A stretch of 64,000 nt of DNA. Source: Patellaria atrata CBS 101060 (lineage: Eukaryota). This document shows, one piece after another, positions 12,231 to 25,565 of this stretch. A model generated the notes under the pieces. It was not told the origin of the DNA and searched no databases. It was given only the letters and a program-made list of their open reading frames with translations. Location of the stretch: assembly GCA_010093705.1 (NCBI GenBank), contig MU006089.1:2033561-2097560 (forward strand), in the 5' to 3' direction. Every line of letters begins with the position of its first letter. The stretch's first letter is position 1. Both the position numbers and the translations under genes were made by a program.

Positions 12231-12817
12231 ATTATTTTGCATTTTTGGATTCCTGATGTCTTTCTTACTATTCTTTTGCGGGTTGTGATGGTATGTATGT
12301 ATTGAAGCATTGGGAAGATTGCGAAGGACGGAGCGGGAATTTCGCACTTAAATAGGGGAATTGATTTGAAACATCAATCTTTACCCCAAGAAATTGATAT
12401 TACTACTCAGAATATTCATTGCAACAACTATTTATCTTTATAAATTATCATGTCTCACAATTCTATCTTTGAGACCTTGCTGTGGCGTAGGGCGGAATAT
12501 CAGATCTTGGTACCGGGAGATCCGCACTTGACCTAATCGGGTTGTAAGAAAGTCTGGAAAGTGAGACGGGATGATGCCGCCAACTTATCATGACCTCTGA
12601 AATTCGATCATCTTCGATTGAGTTTCATCAAGTTATGAGTTCCTAAGACGTGACCGCTGCACTCTTATCAACTACAGCAACCCTTCGCGTGTGGTGGACT
12701 TCAATACCAGAAATTTTCTCCTATATATTCTTGAAATATGTCATGAAATCGTTACAGACATCATCAACATTATTCCTCAACATCTAACTAGTGTCAACGA
12801 AATATCCACCTCTTTCA

Positions 12818-15800
12818 TCAAGTCATAAACCACCTACCTAATAAGGACCGGTAAATACTTTGTGCACTACTTTCAAGTACACTTTGTCCACTCTTTCCGA
12901 TGATCGCCCACTCAGCAACAGTAGCACCCACTCCGTTCGTATCAGTATGTGCCTGGTTCCCTCTGATATGTAATGTTGCGTATTTCCCAGTCCAAACCGG
13001 AGTCTCGAGAGTAATATTTGTGCCGTTACTCTGATACGCAACGATCAGATCTGCCTCAGCAGCGACATAGGGTTTAGAAATCTCAACATCATTGAGGGAG
13101 AACACCTCCAAAGCATCAAATGCCGTACTTTCATTCGAAAAAGTTATGAAAAAAGATTCCGGTGGACTCTCCGCCCAGTCGAAAGAGAACCCAATGACAG
13201 GTTGGAAAGGCACGGAGCTCAGGTCCACAGTCATTGACGAGGTTATATTAGCCGATACCGGTTGCCACTTTGTGCTGATAGCACCATCTATTGCGGCAAG
13301 CGGGAATTGGCCTGGTAAAGTGTCCTGTCGAGAGCTTGCAGGAAGACACTGAGCGATATTCCCTGAGACACTAGTCTTGCTGCCAACCTGACGATTCGGA
13401 ATTGTCAACGTCTCACCCGCTCGTAGCTGATACCGTGTATTTTCGCGTCCAACTGTCACAGGAATCGGAAAATTGGCGTACTCTGAATTGGCGGTTTCGA
13501 GAGACATGTCTAGGCGAACCAAAGTGGTGTGCGTATAATTGGAAACTGCATCGATGGCATGGCCCTGCCAATAAATTGTCCTATAATTGATGCGGGGAAT
13601 CTGTGGCGGTAATGATGGATTGATATGGAAGCTATCAATCATTAACTTGAGGCCGAGATATCCAAAGACAGCAACCCGATTAGCCCCTCCCATTCCAGTT
13701 AAGAAAGGGAAAGCAGTGAGTGTACCACCATTGGTTTCAAAGTCGTCAAGAAGCTGCTCAGAGTACTGAAACCAAGGAGCACGAATATATGGCTTCGATG
13801 CATATAGATCGTATGTATAAGAGGCGCATCCAGCTGGTGCAATAGCATTCTCGACAACACTGAAAACTCCGAAAGTCATACCCGGTCCATACTCTGATTG
13901 CTTGCCAGCATAATATTTCAAGTTTGACAATGTGTAAGAATTAGGCCAGTCCAAAAAGTCATCGATAAGCACAACATCTGCTTGTTTTACGGAAATCGAG
14001 CCATCCATGGTAGCATATTCCAGGATGATATCAGCAGGTTCATGTACTGGAATGTTGATTTTTTCGCTGATTTCAAGCCATTCAGTAACGCGAGGTTTAC
14101 CAAACTTGGCTCGTAGGTCGTTAGCTGTCGTTAGATGGGATTGTATCAAGGGCATGGTAAAGCCCGGATTGTCTATGTGATTTGCGTATTCGTCCTATCG
14201 AAATAAGCAGGACTATCTTGTGAATTAGAGTCACATACTAACAGGATCAGTAGCATTTGCGAGGTCATATTTCCCGCTTGTCTCGTTGTAATCGAGAGTC
14301 TCTACGAAGAAGGAAGCAATTGAGTCAAAGATAGGGAATAGTTCATCCCTGAAAAAGTCAACATCTCCAGTCACGTAATAATAGTTGAGGAATTCAAGGC
14401 CAATATCGCCATTCAGATGATATTCATAATCGAAGCATGGCCCAGTACCGGTACAGTTACCGAATCGTCCGCTAGTCCATGGAAACGCCGCACTGTTTTC
14501 GCTGTACCGCCCAGTATTATTCTTAGATGATTGGTAGGCGGTTTTGATGTTCTCTTTTGCCTGTGGATACCTCTGTACTCGATAGTTCGCAATTTGTTTT
14601 CCGGCCTGCGGATACGCTACTACTAATCCAGGAGCCATCCATACTTCGGTATCCCAGAAGATGTACCCAGCGTAGCAGTCGGAGCCAAGGCCACAAACGG
14701 TAATGCTATTGGTGTCCAGTAATGTATTCCCATTAGCCTTCTCAATCGCATTGACTCCGATGATTTGCTGGAGAAGACTGAAGGGGTTTGTCACAGCTGT
14801 GATCTGGAGTTCCACGATATTTTCATCCTCTGGCAGAAGTCCAGTCTCCGAAATAGAGTAGTCGTCAACTGTATTTCCTGTCATGATACTCGCCCACTCC
14901 TGACTATGTTCACGCAGTTCTGCATCAAAACCAGCACTAGCGCCTTCCGCTGCAGCTTTGGAGGCAACGTTTTGAGGATCTTGGAATGCATCTGTCGAAG
15001 CTCCTCCAATGAACTTTTCGATAACGGAACTTCGACCTTCCTTTAGCCCCACTACGATCGACTGAGCGACGGTTGACGGATCTCTGCTGAGATATGGAGC
15101 ATCGATGAGCTCGGATCTTGTCGAGATATTCACGTCTGGACCTAGAACAAGAGTTGAATAGATGTATGCTTTCACGTCGCTCAATCCATTTGGAGATACC
15201 GCTGACCATATTGTCGGCGTCTCGGATTCATATCCTGTGCCAACCGGATCGCTGCGAACCGCGCAGTTGCCGTCGAGAACATCAATAACCGTAACATCTA
15301 CATCCCGAGACGCTCTCAATTTAAGTTGCAGGGCCGCTCGATTGATGTAAAGTTTGTTGACGAACATTGAGTATTCAATCTCTATTGCAGTTTGATCTTC
15401 AGGAATCCATATATAGCTCCAGCTCAGCAGACCGGCTGCTATATCCAAAGTTGAGGAGAAGTCTGTGATTTGCGAAGCATGGACGTTGGCGTCTAGTATC
15501 TTATTACCAACTTTAACAACTAGACCAGCCCAATGAGGAACTCCGCTAATAACGCTCTCACCACCATACTGGTCAAGCCATTCAAAATTAGTCATTTTTA
15601 CTTTAGGTTGAAGATTCCAAAATCCACTGATCGTTGCGAAGCTCTGTCTCTGGTTGAACAGTGGCCAACCAGCTGTGCCATCGAAAGTGCCGATTTCGTC
15701 GACGTCGAAAAAGGGTCCTACCGCAGCAACATTGATACCTAGATATCCATTGGCTAAAGACATCCGCGATTGGAAACGTCCTTGGTCAAACTTTGTGGTT

Positions 15801-15922
15801 TTGATACGCCACTTATCATCATCCCAGGTCACCCCCTCAAATCTCGTCTCATATGTTTTTCCATCGGCAAAGCAAGCATTGAAAAGTAAGGTAGCAAATG
15901 ACAAGGCTAACGATGTACGCAT
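12818..15922 (-). CDS. ATH1: Secreted/vacuolar acid trehalase (GH65), 2 exons
   Basis: Signal peptide, SLANGYLG, YAGYIFWDTEVWM, DYEYHLNGDI, NATDP|DEYANHIDN across an intron (~14241-14195), VKQADVVL, FPFLTGMGG, and C-terminal AAIDGAISTKWQP. Confidence 0.93.
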
Positions 15923-17454
15923 TTTACGGGATAGTAGCACCGCAAGGCACTGGTATCAACCAATCTATCACATTTCATTAGACATACAATAACGAATACA
16001 ATAATGAAGTGACGCCAGACTTGCAATTCCATAGTGATGGACAATCATTGAAAAGAATTGTATTCGAACCAGAGGGATTCAAACTATTTGAATTGTTACG
16101 AGAAGAAAAAAGGATTTCGCTCACTTTGCGACTACTTTTGCAGAATAAAATATGCTCCACCTACCTTACTAGCCCCGCCTAACACCCACAGGTCTCCGCC
16201 GATATCCTCAGCAACGACGATAAGGGATGAAAAGATAACAAACGCTAAACGATACGACGGTTTAGGAATGATCCAGAACAAACTGAACTCTTAAAAGTAA
16301 AACTACAGAAGAACCTATCCAGAAAGCAGGAAGGGTGGACGTTTAAAAAGAGTTCAACTGTGCGAGAACCTGAGACAACCCCCTTGACTCGATTCATATC
16401 TCTTGACGAGTAAGAGGACTGTTCTGAGCCCTCTTACAGGGTGGCGTCATGTTGGGTACAGCCTAGTTTCTGATCGCTCTGTACTCGTACAGTACAAGCC
16501 CTAACTGGGAAGATGGCAAGTTCTCGAGGGGCGGTGCAGATGTGATGCCCATCTTGCCTTGTTGCTTTGTTGTCCGTAACCCGCACTGCAGCTTACAAGG
16601 GCACTAGAACTGGAGCTTTTTCTAGCTGAAAGATAGCCGCAGATCCCGAATATTAGCCTGTTGTTGCCTTTAGACTTAGAATTATTTCCTTCAATATCAA
16701 AAGTATCAGGTTACAGTCAATATAATTTACTGACTCCACTACGGTGGAAACAGTGAACAGTATTCAAACGAAGTCCAGTCATATATTGTATGAACTATGG
16801 TTTGTCATTCCGTAAAAATGACCCCTCTGGCACTCCAGTAACAGCTTTCCGGATCGAGTTCACGCAGAGAATTGACCATAGCCTCACCGGATACAGGGAT
16901 ACCATTCTTCTATTGCAGACCGTGATGGTCCAAACTCCAAATCGTATATACCCAGCAGGCAGCAACTTTTTACACCGTTATTACCGAGAAGAATTCTGAT
17001 AGGCGTTTTGTTGGGCGATTAGCGTACAGCCCAAATGACCTCTAAAAATCATATCAAGAATAATATGCGGTCTGCAAACTTGTTGTTAGTGATCTCTACG
17101 AGTCCACGGCGGCGGTAAGTCGAGTGTCGATCGAATGTACCATAACTACAACACAGAGAGTACAGAGTGGTACAATGGTTTGACTTGCGTTTCGACCTGT
17201 GAAGTGCAATGTACGACTGATAGCATTCAATATGTCATTGCTTCAATTGACCAACAACGGTCTGGACAACTTTTGGAAAGTTGGATTGATAAAAACTGAT
17301 GAGAGATTTGCGATTAATGGTATCTATAGAGGATTAGTCTTCGGAATGCATACGCTCGTACCTCTCTATGGCTTTCCAATGACTCCGTGCTTCGCCCTCA
17401 CGCTCAAATGATCTACCCTCCGTATACTCTTACACATCCACGAAGATCTCTACT

Positions 17455-18462
17455 CTAAGATAACCAGTGACCAACCACTGGTATCCGTCTATACATGGCA
17501 TCATATTCTCTACCCATCCATCCACCAACCTCACCTCCTCTCCCCACAACCCCCAAACCCCCAGCCATCCAAAGTACCGTAACCAAAGCACTAATCCCAT
17601 TGATTGTGTACCATCTCTGTTTCTTCCTCAACTGCCCCTGACCACCTCCCTCCGTAACCTGATCCGGATTCCACCTTAACCACTTCGCCCACCCCCACAC
17701 CGCATGCCACGCAGCGACCCCAACAAGCGTCGAGAACCCCAGTGTCGAAACAACGGGGTGTTTCGCAAACCCGTGACTCACATATTCGAGCCCGATGTTC
17801 GAACTACTGCCCTCCAACCACAACGGCAGCACCCGGTTTATGAACGCGTGTCCGCCGACCAGGAACGTCAGCGCAAATCCGAGCGCTGAGGTGCCGCTGA
17901 CTTTCGGCCACGCGACGAGTCGTCTGTCTGAGCGAGACTCTGCGCCATAGCGTTTTGCAGACTGGTTCCGGCGGTAGAGACGGAGGGCTAGGCCTGAGCC
18001 GACGTGTGCGACGAGAGGGAGGGCGACGATGAGGGGCTCGAGGGGGAAGGATTGGTAGTACGGTCGTGTGAGGAGGAGGTAGGAATCCGAGGCTTGGACG
18101 GACTGGGTGAGGAGTGGGATTAGGGAGGTATTGGTTATGTGGAAGGCGGCGAAGATCGTGAAGGCGTAGGAGGAGTATTTCTGTATGCGGAGGACTGGGG
18201 GTTTGGGTTAACTAGGGGGATCATGCTGGTTGGATTTGCGGTACTTACGATAGTATGCTGGGCCATGATCACCGAGGCCGAATGTTGTTGCGCGGGAGAG
18301 TAGAGTTGGTTGTTTCGGGGATGGAGATGGCGATGGTGGAGATGGAAAATAGCTGTCCTTCTCCGCTTCTAGAGGTGTATCTTCAACAGGCGAGGGCTCC
18401 AGCTCTTGGAGACCCATATAACGTCCTTCCGATTCGGGGGTGTCGGGAGTTTTTGTGTCCAT
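17455..18462 (-). CDS. DUF1691 / Mcp1-type transmembrane protein, 2 exons
   Basis: Spliced ORF with IQKYSSYAFTIFAAFHITNT, SYLLLTRPYYQS, AHVGSGLALR, VSHGFAKHP and WHAVWGWAKWL. Confidence 0.8.
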
Positions 18463-18651
18463 GACTGTGGTTGTCGCATAGAATCAGAGCCTTGAAGATG
18501 ACGATATGGCTATAAGTGCCAATATCTGAGCTATCATTGGCTTATGAAGCTAGAGCACGGGCCACTGAAATAGATATTAATATATCCATCCATCTACAAA
18601 AGTATATCTACAATTGTACTTTAATAAAAGAATCTGGTCAAAAATCTTACG

Positions 18652-19375
18652 ATGCCTCCAGTAAGTAATTTGAGGCCAAACTATAAACTTTAAACTAACT
18701 CTTCTCAGCGTTCATTTACCAATCCAGCTCCGAAGGTTTGCGAAACTATACGCCACATCTTATGAGGAACGAGAAAAGAGTACTAATATTGGAATAATGT
18801 AGACGGAAAGCGCAAGAGAGGCGCGTAAGACGTTCTTCTGTATGTGCTAATAGCTCGTCAGGCGAGGGTACTGGTTCTAATATGGGAATCCAGGTGACCT
18901 ATGCAACAAAGGCTATAGTCGGATGAACGAGTTCGAATCTCATGAACAATCGTACGATCACCAACATAGGAAGGTTAGAAAAGTTATGATAACGATGCGG
19001 TAAAACCCATACGCTGAACCTATGAAGCGCTTGAAAGACATGAAGCAGATGCAGCGTGATCCCAATGCGGCAGACAAAGCTCGAAGAGCAGAGCGCAGAG
19101 CAGATGAAGCATCAGGACTTATCGCAATGAAGATTGAAGACGATAAACCTATCACGACGGGAAAGTTTAAAAAAGCTGGATTCGTTAGTGCTTTCAGAGA
19201 TGAGGAAGTCAAACCCGGATTCAAAAAGGCATTTGCAGAAGACGAGATAAAGCCTACACCACAACCTAAGGAAGACGAAGAGGATGAGAGTGATTTTGAG
19301 ACCTCGGATCCAAATTACTACAATCCGACGAAACCTACAGGCTGCGCCACGCACAGTTGCACTGCTGTCTATTGA
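18652..19375 (+). CDS. Small C2H2-type zinc-finger protein, multi-exon
   Basis: Exon 1 is ATGCCTCCA followed by GTAAGT. Later exons give TESAREARKTFFC|DLCNKGYSRMNEFESHEQSYDHQHRK|RLKDMKQMQRDP. Confidence 0.75.
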
Positions 19376-19880
19376 CATGGCAGTGCTTTGCGGCGTCATA
19401 TGAAACAAGAGAGAGTGGACAACAAAAATGGTGAGGTCCATTTTGTAACTAGAATATCATAGACTGCATTATTTCTGTGAAGCGCTACTCAGATAATGTA
19501 AACCGTTGGCTAATTTGAGGCTACGTATGGTCATGTCTTCTGAACAACTTTAGGATAATATATAAGAAGGCCTTATTGTAACAAACAGTACCACTTGAGA
19601 TTCTTTTCTTTGACGGACGTTCAGCTCCTCATTTATTCTTATTGACAACGCTACATGCTATGTGCTTTTAGAGCACGCCTGGCATGTGCACCCAATTAGA
19701 ACATTGAACTTCCTGCGTGAGTACTTATCATATACGGTCAACATGACCGTACTAAAATCTCAAGAAACGCCTTACAACTGAATCAATCTCCATTGTACAA
19801 ACTTTGAATTGAACCCCGAACCAACTAGAGCATCCAAAAACCGTTAATAGTTCGTTAGTCCGGGAGCTAGCTACTATCAT

Positions 19881-20963
19881 TTAGTATTCATGATAGTAGT
19901 ACCAAAAACATTCTTCACCACAAAATTCGCAATTGCACCCATCCTGAGCCAACTCTACGGGAGTGAATAACTCCGAGATAATGCTACTTGGTACCAGACT
20001 CATCTCGTACGGCCTGGGGAGTGGACAGTTCTCGCGTGGTGTCCAGAAAGGAAATGCCTGTCTCGAACGTGCATGGACGTCTTTCTGTTCGGGTGGGGTC
20101 TTGGGATCGTCCCCGGGGCGTAGGTGTACTGGGGTTGAATCTTTACCCCCAGATTTCAGATCAGCGGAGACTAATGGGTTAGATATTGATGGCTGTTGTG
20201 GCGAATGATACGGAAGATGGGGTAACTCACCCTCAGTAGCTGTTTTTAGCGGTTCCTTGAATCCACTCTTTGGTGGAATTAGTAACGTCAGACCCATATT
20301 CCTTGCTTTTACTGCCACAGGATTACAGCGTCGAGCGACGCGCTGTAATTTCGCCATCAACGCGTTACCCTTTTTTGATAGATGGATCGCCTTTGCAATG
20401 TCCTGACTGATCCAACATAGTGGAAGGCCGATGGTGAAGTTCGGGTTGTGGATATTTGCTTCGTATAGTCGTAGGGCGACGATAATACGTCCATGTGTTG
20501 TCATGAATGAGTTGCGCGTGGAAAACCATTTTAGTTCGATCGTATATGCTGTTTGTTCGATTGTATATTTGGTACGGTAAGGAGTTGACGCTGATTCAAT
20601 CGACCTATTGGGGGGTTGGAAGCTACACGAGGTATTAATATACCGCATAGCTTGATCTATTTGATCCATCTGCCGGGATAATCTAGTCACCAGCGTGTTG
20701 GAGATTATTCTCAGGACATCAACCGTGTAATTAGGGATAGTAGATCCTACGGCGCAGAGCTTGCAGATGTCACCGTTTAGCTGGTAAAAGATGATTGATG
20801 GCTGGTTAACAATCTCCTCGGGATATGTCAGTGGAACACATTGCGATGGAATGATGCGTCTTAAGCCTCGTGCAGTGGCTTTTTCACAAGGACGTGATCT
20901 GATATGCGTGGAATTGGGGGTGTGGTGACCACACGCGTAGATATCGAGTGCAAACTGACACAT
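19881..20963 (-). CDS. Hypothetical (likely lineage-specific) protein with N-terminal Cys/His motif
   Basis: Long open frame. The probable start MCQFALDIYACGH matches a common fungal MC-x-CGH motif, with further CxxC motifs (CKLC, CNCEFC). Confidence 0.55.
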   Translation of the reverse strand: MCQFALDIYACGHHTPNSTHIRSRPCEKATARGLRRIIPSQCVPLTYPEEIVNQPSIIFYQLNGDICKLCAVGSTIPNYTVDVLRIISNTLVTRLSRQMDQIDQAMRYINTSCSFQPPNRSIESASTPYRTKYTIEQTAYTIELKWFSTRNSFMTTHGRIIVALRLYEANIHNPNFTIGLPLCWISQDIAKAIHLSKKGNALMAKLQRVARRCNPVAVKARNMGLTLLIPPKSGFKEPLKTATEGELPHLPYHSPQQPSISNPLVSADLKSGGKDSTPVHLRPGDDPKTPPEQKDVHARSRQAFPFWTPRENCPLPRPYEMSLVPSSIISELFTPVELAQDGCNCEFCGEECFWYYYHEY

Positions 20964-22909
20964 TCTAAAAGGACGAGGTGTATTTATTTGCGGTGCGATA
21001 TAACAAAACGACGTGGGAGTACAAATTTGTGGCTCGGCTTGTAAGGCGACAGAAGCCGTCGTAAGAGAAAAATTTGTGTTTAGTGACACGGTGGTTGTGA
21101 GAATAGGAATCTTGTAAAAGATATAATCGTGTTGTGGCATATCTGAAAAGATTCGCAGAATAGGGACGCAGTGAAGTAAAAGAAACACTTGAGAGTGAAA
21201 GTCAAACGACTTCTAATAGTGAAAGTAAGACAGACACTGATAGTCTATCCGGGTCAGGTCCAACAACACACAGATAATAAATCAATAAATTTTGTTTTTT
21301 GAAAGCTTAGGACAATATTGAACATAAGTAAATTCATTCACTCCCTCGGTTTGGTTAAGGTCATCTGTGAATTGTGATACAGAACAAGCCCTCGTTTTGT
21401 CGCCGCTGAAAGTCTGTAAGTAAGTGCGAGGTAGCCCTCATCCCCTTCCCTAGGGAGTAGTAATACGAGTGAGCGTGGATACTATCTAGAGAGTCCTTAC
21501 CGAACTTAATGTAGCCCGATACAGCACTTCGTAGTTGCTATGACAAGTAGGAGGAGAATCTGTATTTTCATACCTTTTGCCCTTTGTTAAGGCTTCTTGA
21601 ATCAGGCTGCAGACAGAAATAGTTCCCTTAGCACTGTCTTCATTCTAGACCCAATACCCGGTATCACGAGCGAAACACTTGTTCTTCTTCTTATTTTTTC
21701 TAACCATACAGCAGCTTCCTCATACACTTGAAGGTCATAAAGTCTTATCTCTATCAGAAGTCGGGGCAGTGGCCGGTACGTATCTCCCTTCATTAACCCC
21801 TAAGCTAAGCAACATGTTGGCGCGAGGACTGTTTTACACTTTCCAACTCTTTCGAATTTTATCTTTTTAATTATATTTATAGGCCTAAAATTTTCTCTTA
21901 CTTTTGAAATGAAGTAACTTTGGTTTGAATAGTAGCTTGGCTGGCTGTAAGGGTTTGTTTTCTTGGTTGTGGTTAAGGATAACCGTTACAAAAGATAAGC
22001 GCGAAGTATTCGCTCGTAGTTCATAGTGATAGCAAAATCATTCAATGCTCACGCCAAGACGAAGGTGAAGTATCCATTTGATTCAGTGTTTGACATAGAA
22101 GCCCAACGTCTAGAAGTTCGTCCATCAGATAGAAACAGCAATCCCAGAATATGATTGAACAACTCATGTTCATGGTCGAAAGTCATCATATGAACTTACG
22201 GATAAGCCGAATCATGCATAGATATACAAACGAGACACGGTTACTACTCGTAGCATTTCAGTGAATTGCGGGAAGTGTTATGATGCAATACGCTTGTGCG
22301 GTATTGACTAGCAAGTAATAATTTGAATAGTTTTTTCCTCGCGGAGGTCCTGAACCCCCATGTATCTTGGAAGGTGGACTCCGCATTCAGACTTAGTCTT
22401 GCGGGGCGAAATTCCCTTTACGACGGCCTGGTCATGCCATTGGGATCGGATAATGTGGAAAGATGGTCAAGGAGCTCAATTAGCAATATCAAAGCGCCTT
22501 AGTGCTGATAGTCCCCTTAGATCTGGGATATAAACACGTGATCGACTTTAATTGTCCTGGACTTGTCTTGAGCGACGACTACACATCCAAGGTATAGGAT
22601 CCACATAAGTCCGGCCATTTCCGTAAGTTCACTTTGCTAATTAGATTAGAAAGCAATTGCGTTATGATCTTGAGGTAGTGATATCCATACAGAAGGGCTC
22701 AAAACTTCCCTCGGTTCAAGGAACTAGGATATACGAGATGATTCCCACTCAGGATTTTCAAGACATCTTTCGCTGCCTGAAAAGGTTTCTCTCGTTCCAA
22801 GCGACCAACCAATTTCCGATCTCGCAAAGAATACACCTCTAATCCTCGCTAACTTCGTAGTACTCCTTTGGAGTATTAGAAAGTGTATATTTGAAAGCTT
22901 CTTCCTAGA

Positions 22910-23755
22910 ATGGGTCTATGGAAGGAGTTACACGAGCGTTAACGAAAGGCAACGCGTAACCTTCGTTAATCACTATGTCTCCATCACTCAAGATATCATC
23001 CGGTTTTGCCTTTGTATTAAGCCCGCTAGACTATTCTTATTCACCAGCTCAGGAACATTCGATACCAGATACTCGGAATCCCCGGGACTAACATACGGCG
23101 ACATATCCATTTTTGGAACGGAACTATGCGTGGCATTTCGAATCCACGATATCTCTTTCGAAGCAGTATCTTGTATCTCGTGGGCATACATCATATGGGG
23201 TGCATGGTGTTTGGACATAGAACGATCACTCTGACTGTGGACGCTCATAGAAACGCTGCTATGCAGTTCTTCTTGGTTATCACACTTGGTATAACTTCCA
23301 CGGGTTTGACTTCATATAGTTTCTGATTAGGTTGAAGCATGGTTCAACACCTTTCTGGAATTCGCGAATTCGGTTGTTGTCATCCTTTACTACCGCGATC
23401 AGAAAGGACTCGAATATCGGGCGAGATTGTGTCTATTTTGCGCGGCTTTGGTAGCGCTGATTGCTATCATCGAAACAGTGGTAGTATTCTGGTTATTCTG
23501 TTCTCCACCAACATGGCATCGCCGGGAACTCCACTTCAAGATCAGCGCGCCAATAATCTTCCTCTTTTTTGCCGCAACCCAATGGCATAGTGTTTTTATT
23601 CTCGTAAAAACATCCAACAAACAGCGGAGACTCCAAAGCGCGGCAAAGACTGCCACCGATCACTCGGAGTACACAATATCTGAGGTGCGAATTGTTTCGA
23701 CGAAATTCATTACATCTCTATAGATCGAGATACCCACGGAACAACTAAGCGGGTG
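22910..23755 (+). pseudogene. Decayed multi-pass membrane protein gene (fungal TLC-domain-like)
   Basis: Fragments in shifting frames: GTFDTRYSESPGLTYGDI..., FRSSILYLVGIHHMGCMVFG, IETVVVFWLF...FKISAPIIFLFFAATQWHS. They match my recollection of a fungal TLC-like family. There is a frameshift near 23150 and stops upstream. Confidence 0.5.
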
Positions 23756-25565
23756 ATATGGTGTGGATGTGTATAGATGGATCGAAAGATGCCAATTGGA
23801 GGCCTTACTAATCTATTCCTTGGTTCCTGGTGCTTCGAATTAGGTAGTGAGCAGTTTAGGGAGCACGGCGAAGTAGTTCTTAATCTGAAGGGAGGTGGTT
23901 ACTGAAGATATTGTATGTAGTTCCATCGTACTTTTGTAATCCTAGGCGCTAACCTAATTTTACCAGCTCAAGGTAGTGCGATCACGTGGCTTACCTATTT
24001 AGGCTATCCATCCTAATGTAGATTAGACGTCCTCTCAATCTTGAGCCTCAACAAATCTCCCATCACGACAAATGATAACATCTCCTTGTCTTGACATATG
24101 ATGTTAGGCATACCCACAAGTCGTGCGCTGGAGTCTAGCCCTTACAATTAACTCTAGTCTCTTCTTTCCAACCGTGTTTTAGTTGGTAATTATGGATAGC
24201 ATAATAATCGATAGCAGTTGAAGGTCAAGTCATCTTGATACAAGTGCACGACGTAAAACCATTGAGTGGCTCATATTGAGGGACGGAGAGTTCCTATCGC
24301 TACAATGTGGGGAAGCTCGAATTTCAACCTCCATTCCATCAAAGAAAGCTAATGGCCTACAGAATTCTTTGGGTCTATATAAACAACAGGGAGTAAGAGT
24401 TCCCGAGATGTTGCTTCTGGATCGCTTTAAGCTGTGCAAAAAAGACCTGAAAAAGGAAAGAGACTCCGCAATCGATCTCACCTTAAGAGCCTTGCGTCAT
24501 CTCACCCGATTCCTCATAACTTTGATGGAGAAGGTGCAGAATTCAACATATTCCGATTTCTTCTCCATAGACAGTAGATAAAGAGAGGAAACACAACCTC
24601 TGCATCAATCACGACAATGGTGAAGCTCAAAACGAACAATCCAAAACGTATTCAAAGAAAATTAATCCCAAGCGATTCCACGACCAACTATTGTTTCGAT
24701 TGTCCCTCGCAGCGTTTGTACAGTCAATCAGTCATTCATTACAAAGCGTGTGCGTGTACTCTGTGAATATACCATTTCGGCTCTCAAAGCTCTGGTCTAC
24801 AGTGATTGAAGTGCGATTGTGCTGGATTTCTGCATGCATAAAGCTCTTTTTCTTCCAGCTATCATATTCCTTTCACGCCATAATCCCAATATCGATGAAG
24901 GATATTACAAACTGGTACTAGAGTCCTTTCACCCCTATCCTAAAGTCATCATTTCAAATTGAACTACAGAGTACGTTCGCCTCAATCAACGTCATATCCC
25001 CGCCATCGCACACCGACACATCTAACAGTCAAAATTCTAAGGCCACTCAAGCCATAACTACATCAACCTCATCACCCTCATCTTCTTCCAATCTTCGCAT
25101 CCACCTCGAGGGATCGGCGGGCAGGCCTAAAACATACTGTAGCTCTGACACACCATCAGCAGTTGGAATTTCTGCTCAAAGTTTCAACGACGACCCATGA
25201 TGATGATACTATTGTCCTTCCCTGTATTCTACGCCTAGTGGAATAACGTGTCGCTTCGCGAGGAAGAGAGTAGGGGATGTCGCAGTTTTGAGGTCGAAAC
25301 GCTGTTTTTTTTTCTTTTTTTCTTGCTCTCTGATGGGTGTACGGTTCATGTAGAAGTACTAGAGGAATGCATACTGGTGAATTTAGATGTCGAAGAAAGA
25401 GTGAGCCTCCTTCATGAGCAAATACCATTAAAGAATACTAATGTTAAAATCTTAGATCATAACTCATAACTAACTCATCTCCTCTCTGACATCAATTAAG
25501 ACAAACCGTACACGGAAATATCTAAGTCATCCTGAATAATTCCATCATGTGCTATCATTGAATTA

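Noticed and set aside
11967..12347. 126-aa minus-strand ORF
   Set aside because: It overlaps the tRNA-Arg antisense, has no ATG start and no recognisable domain.
22939..22970. Short imperfect hairpin TTAACGAAAGG...CCTTCGTTAA
   Set aside because: Too short and isolated to distinguish from chance.
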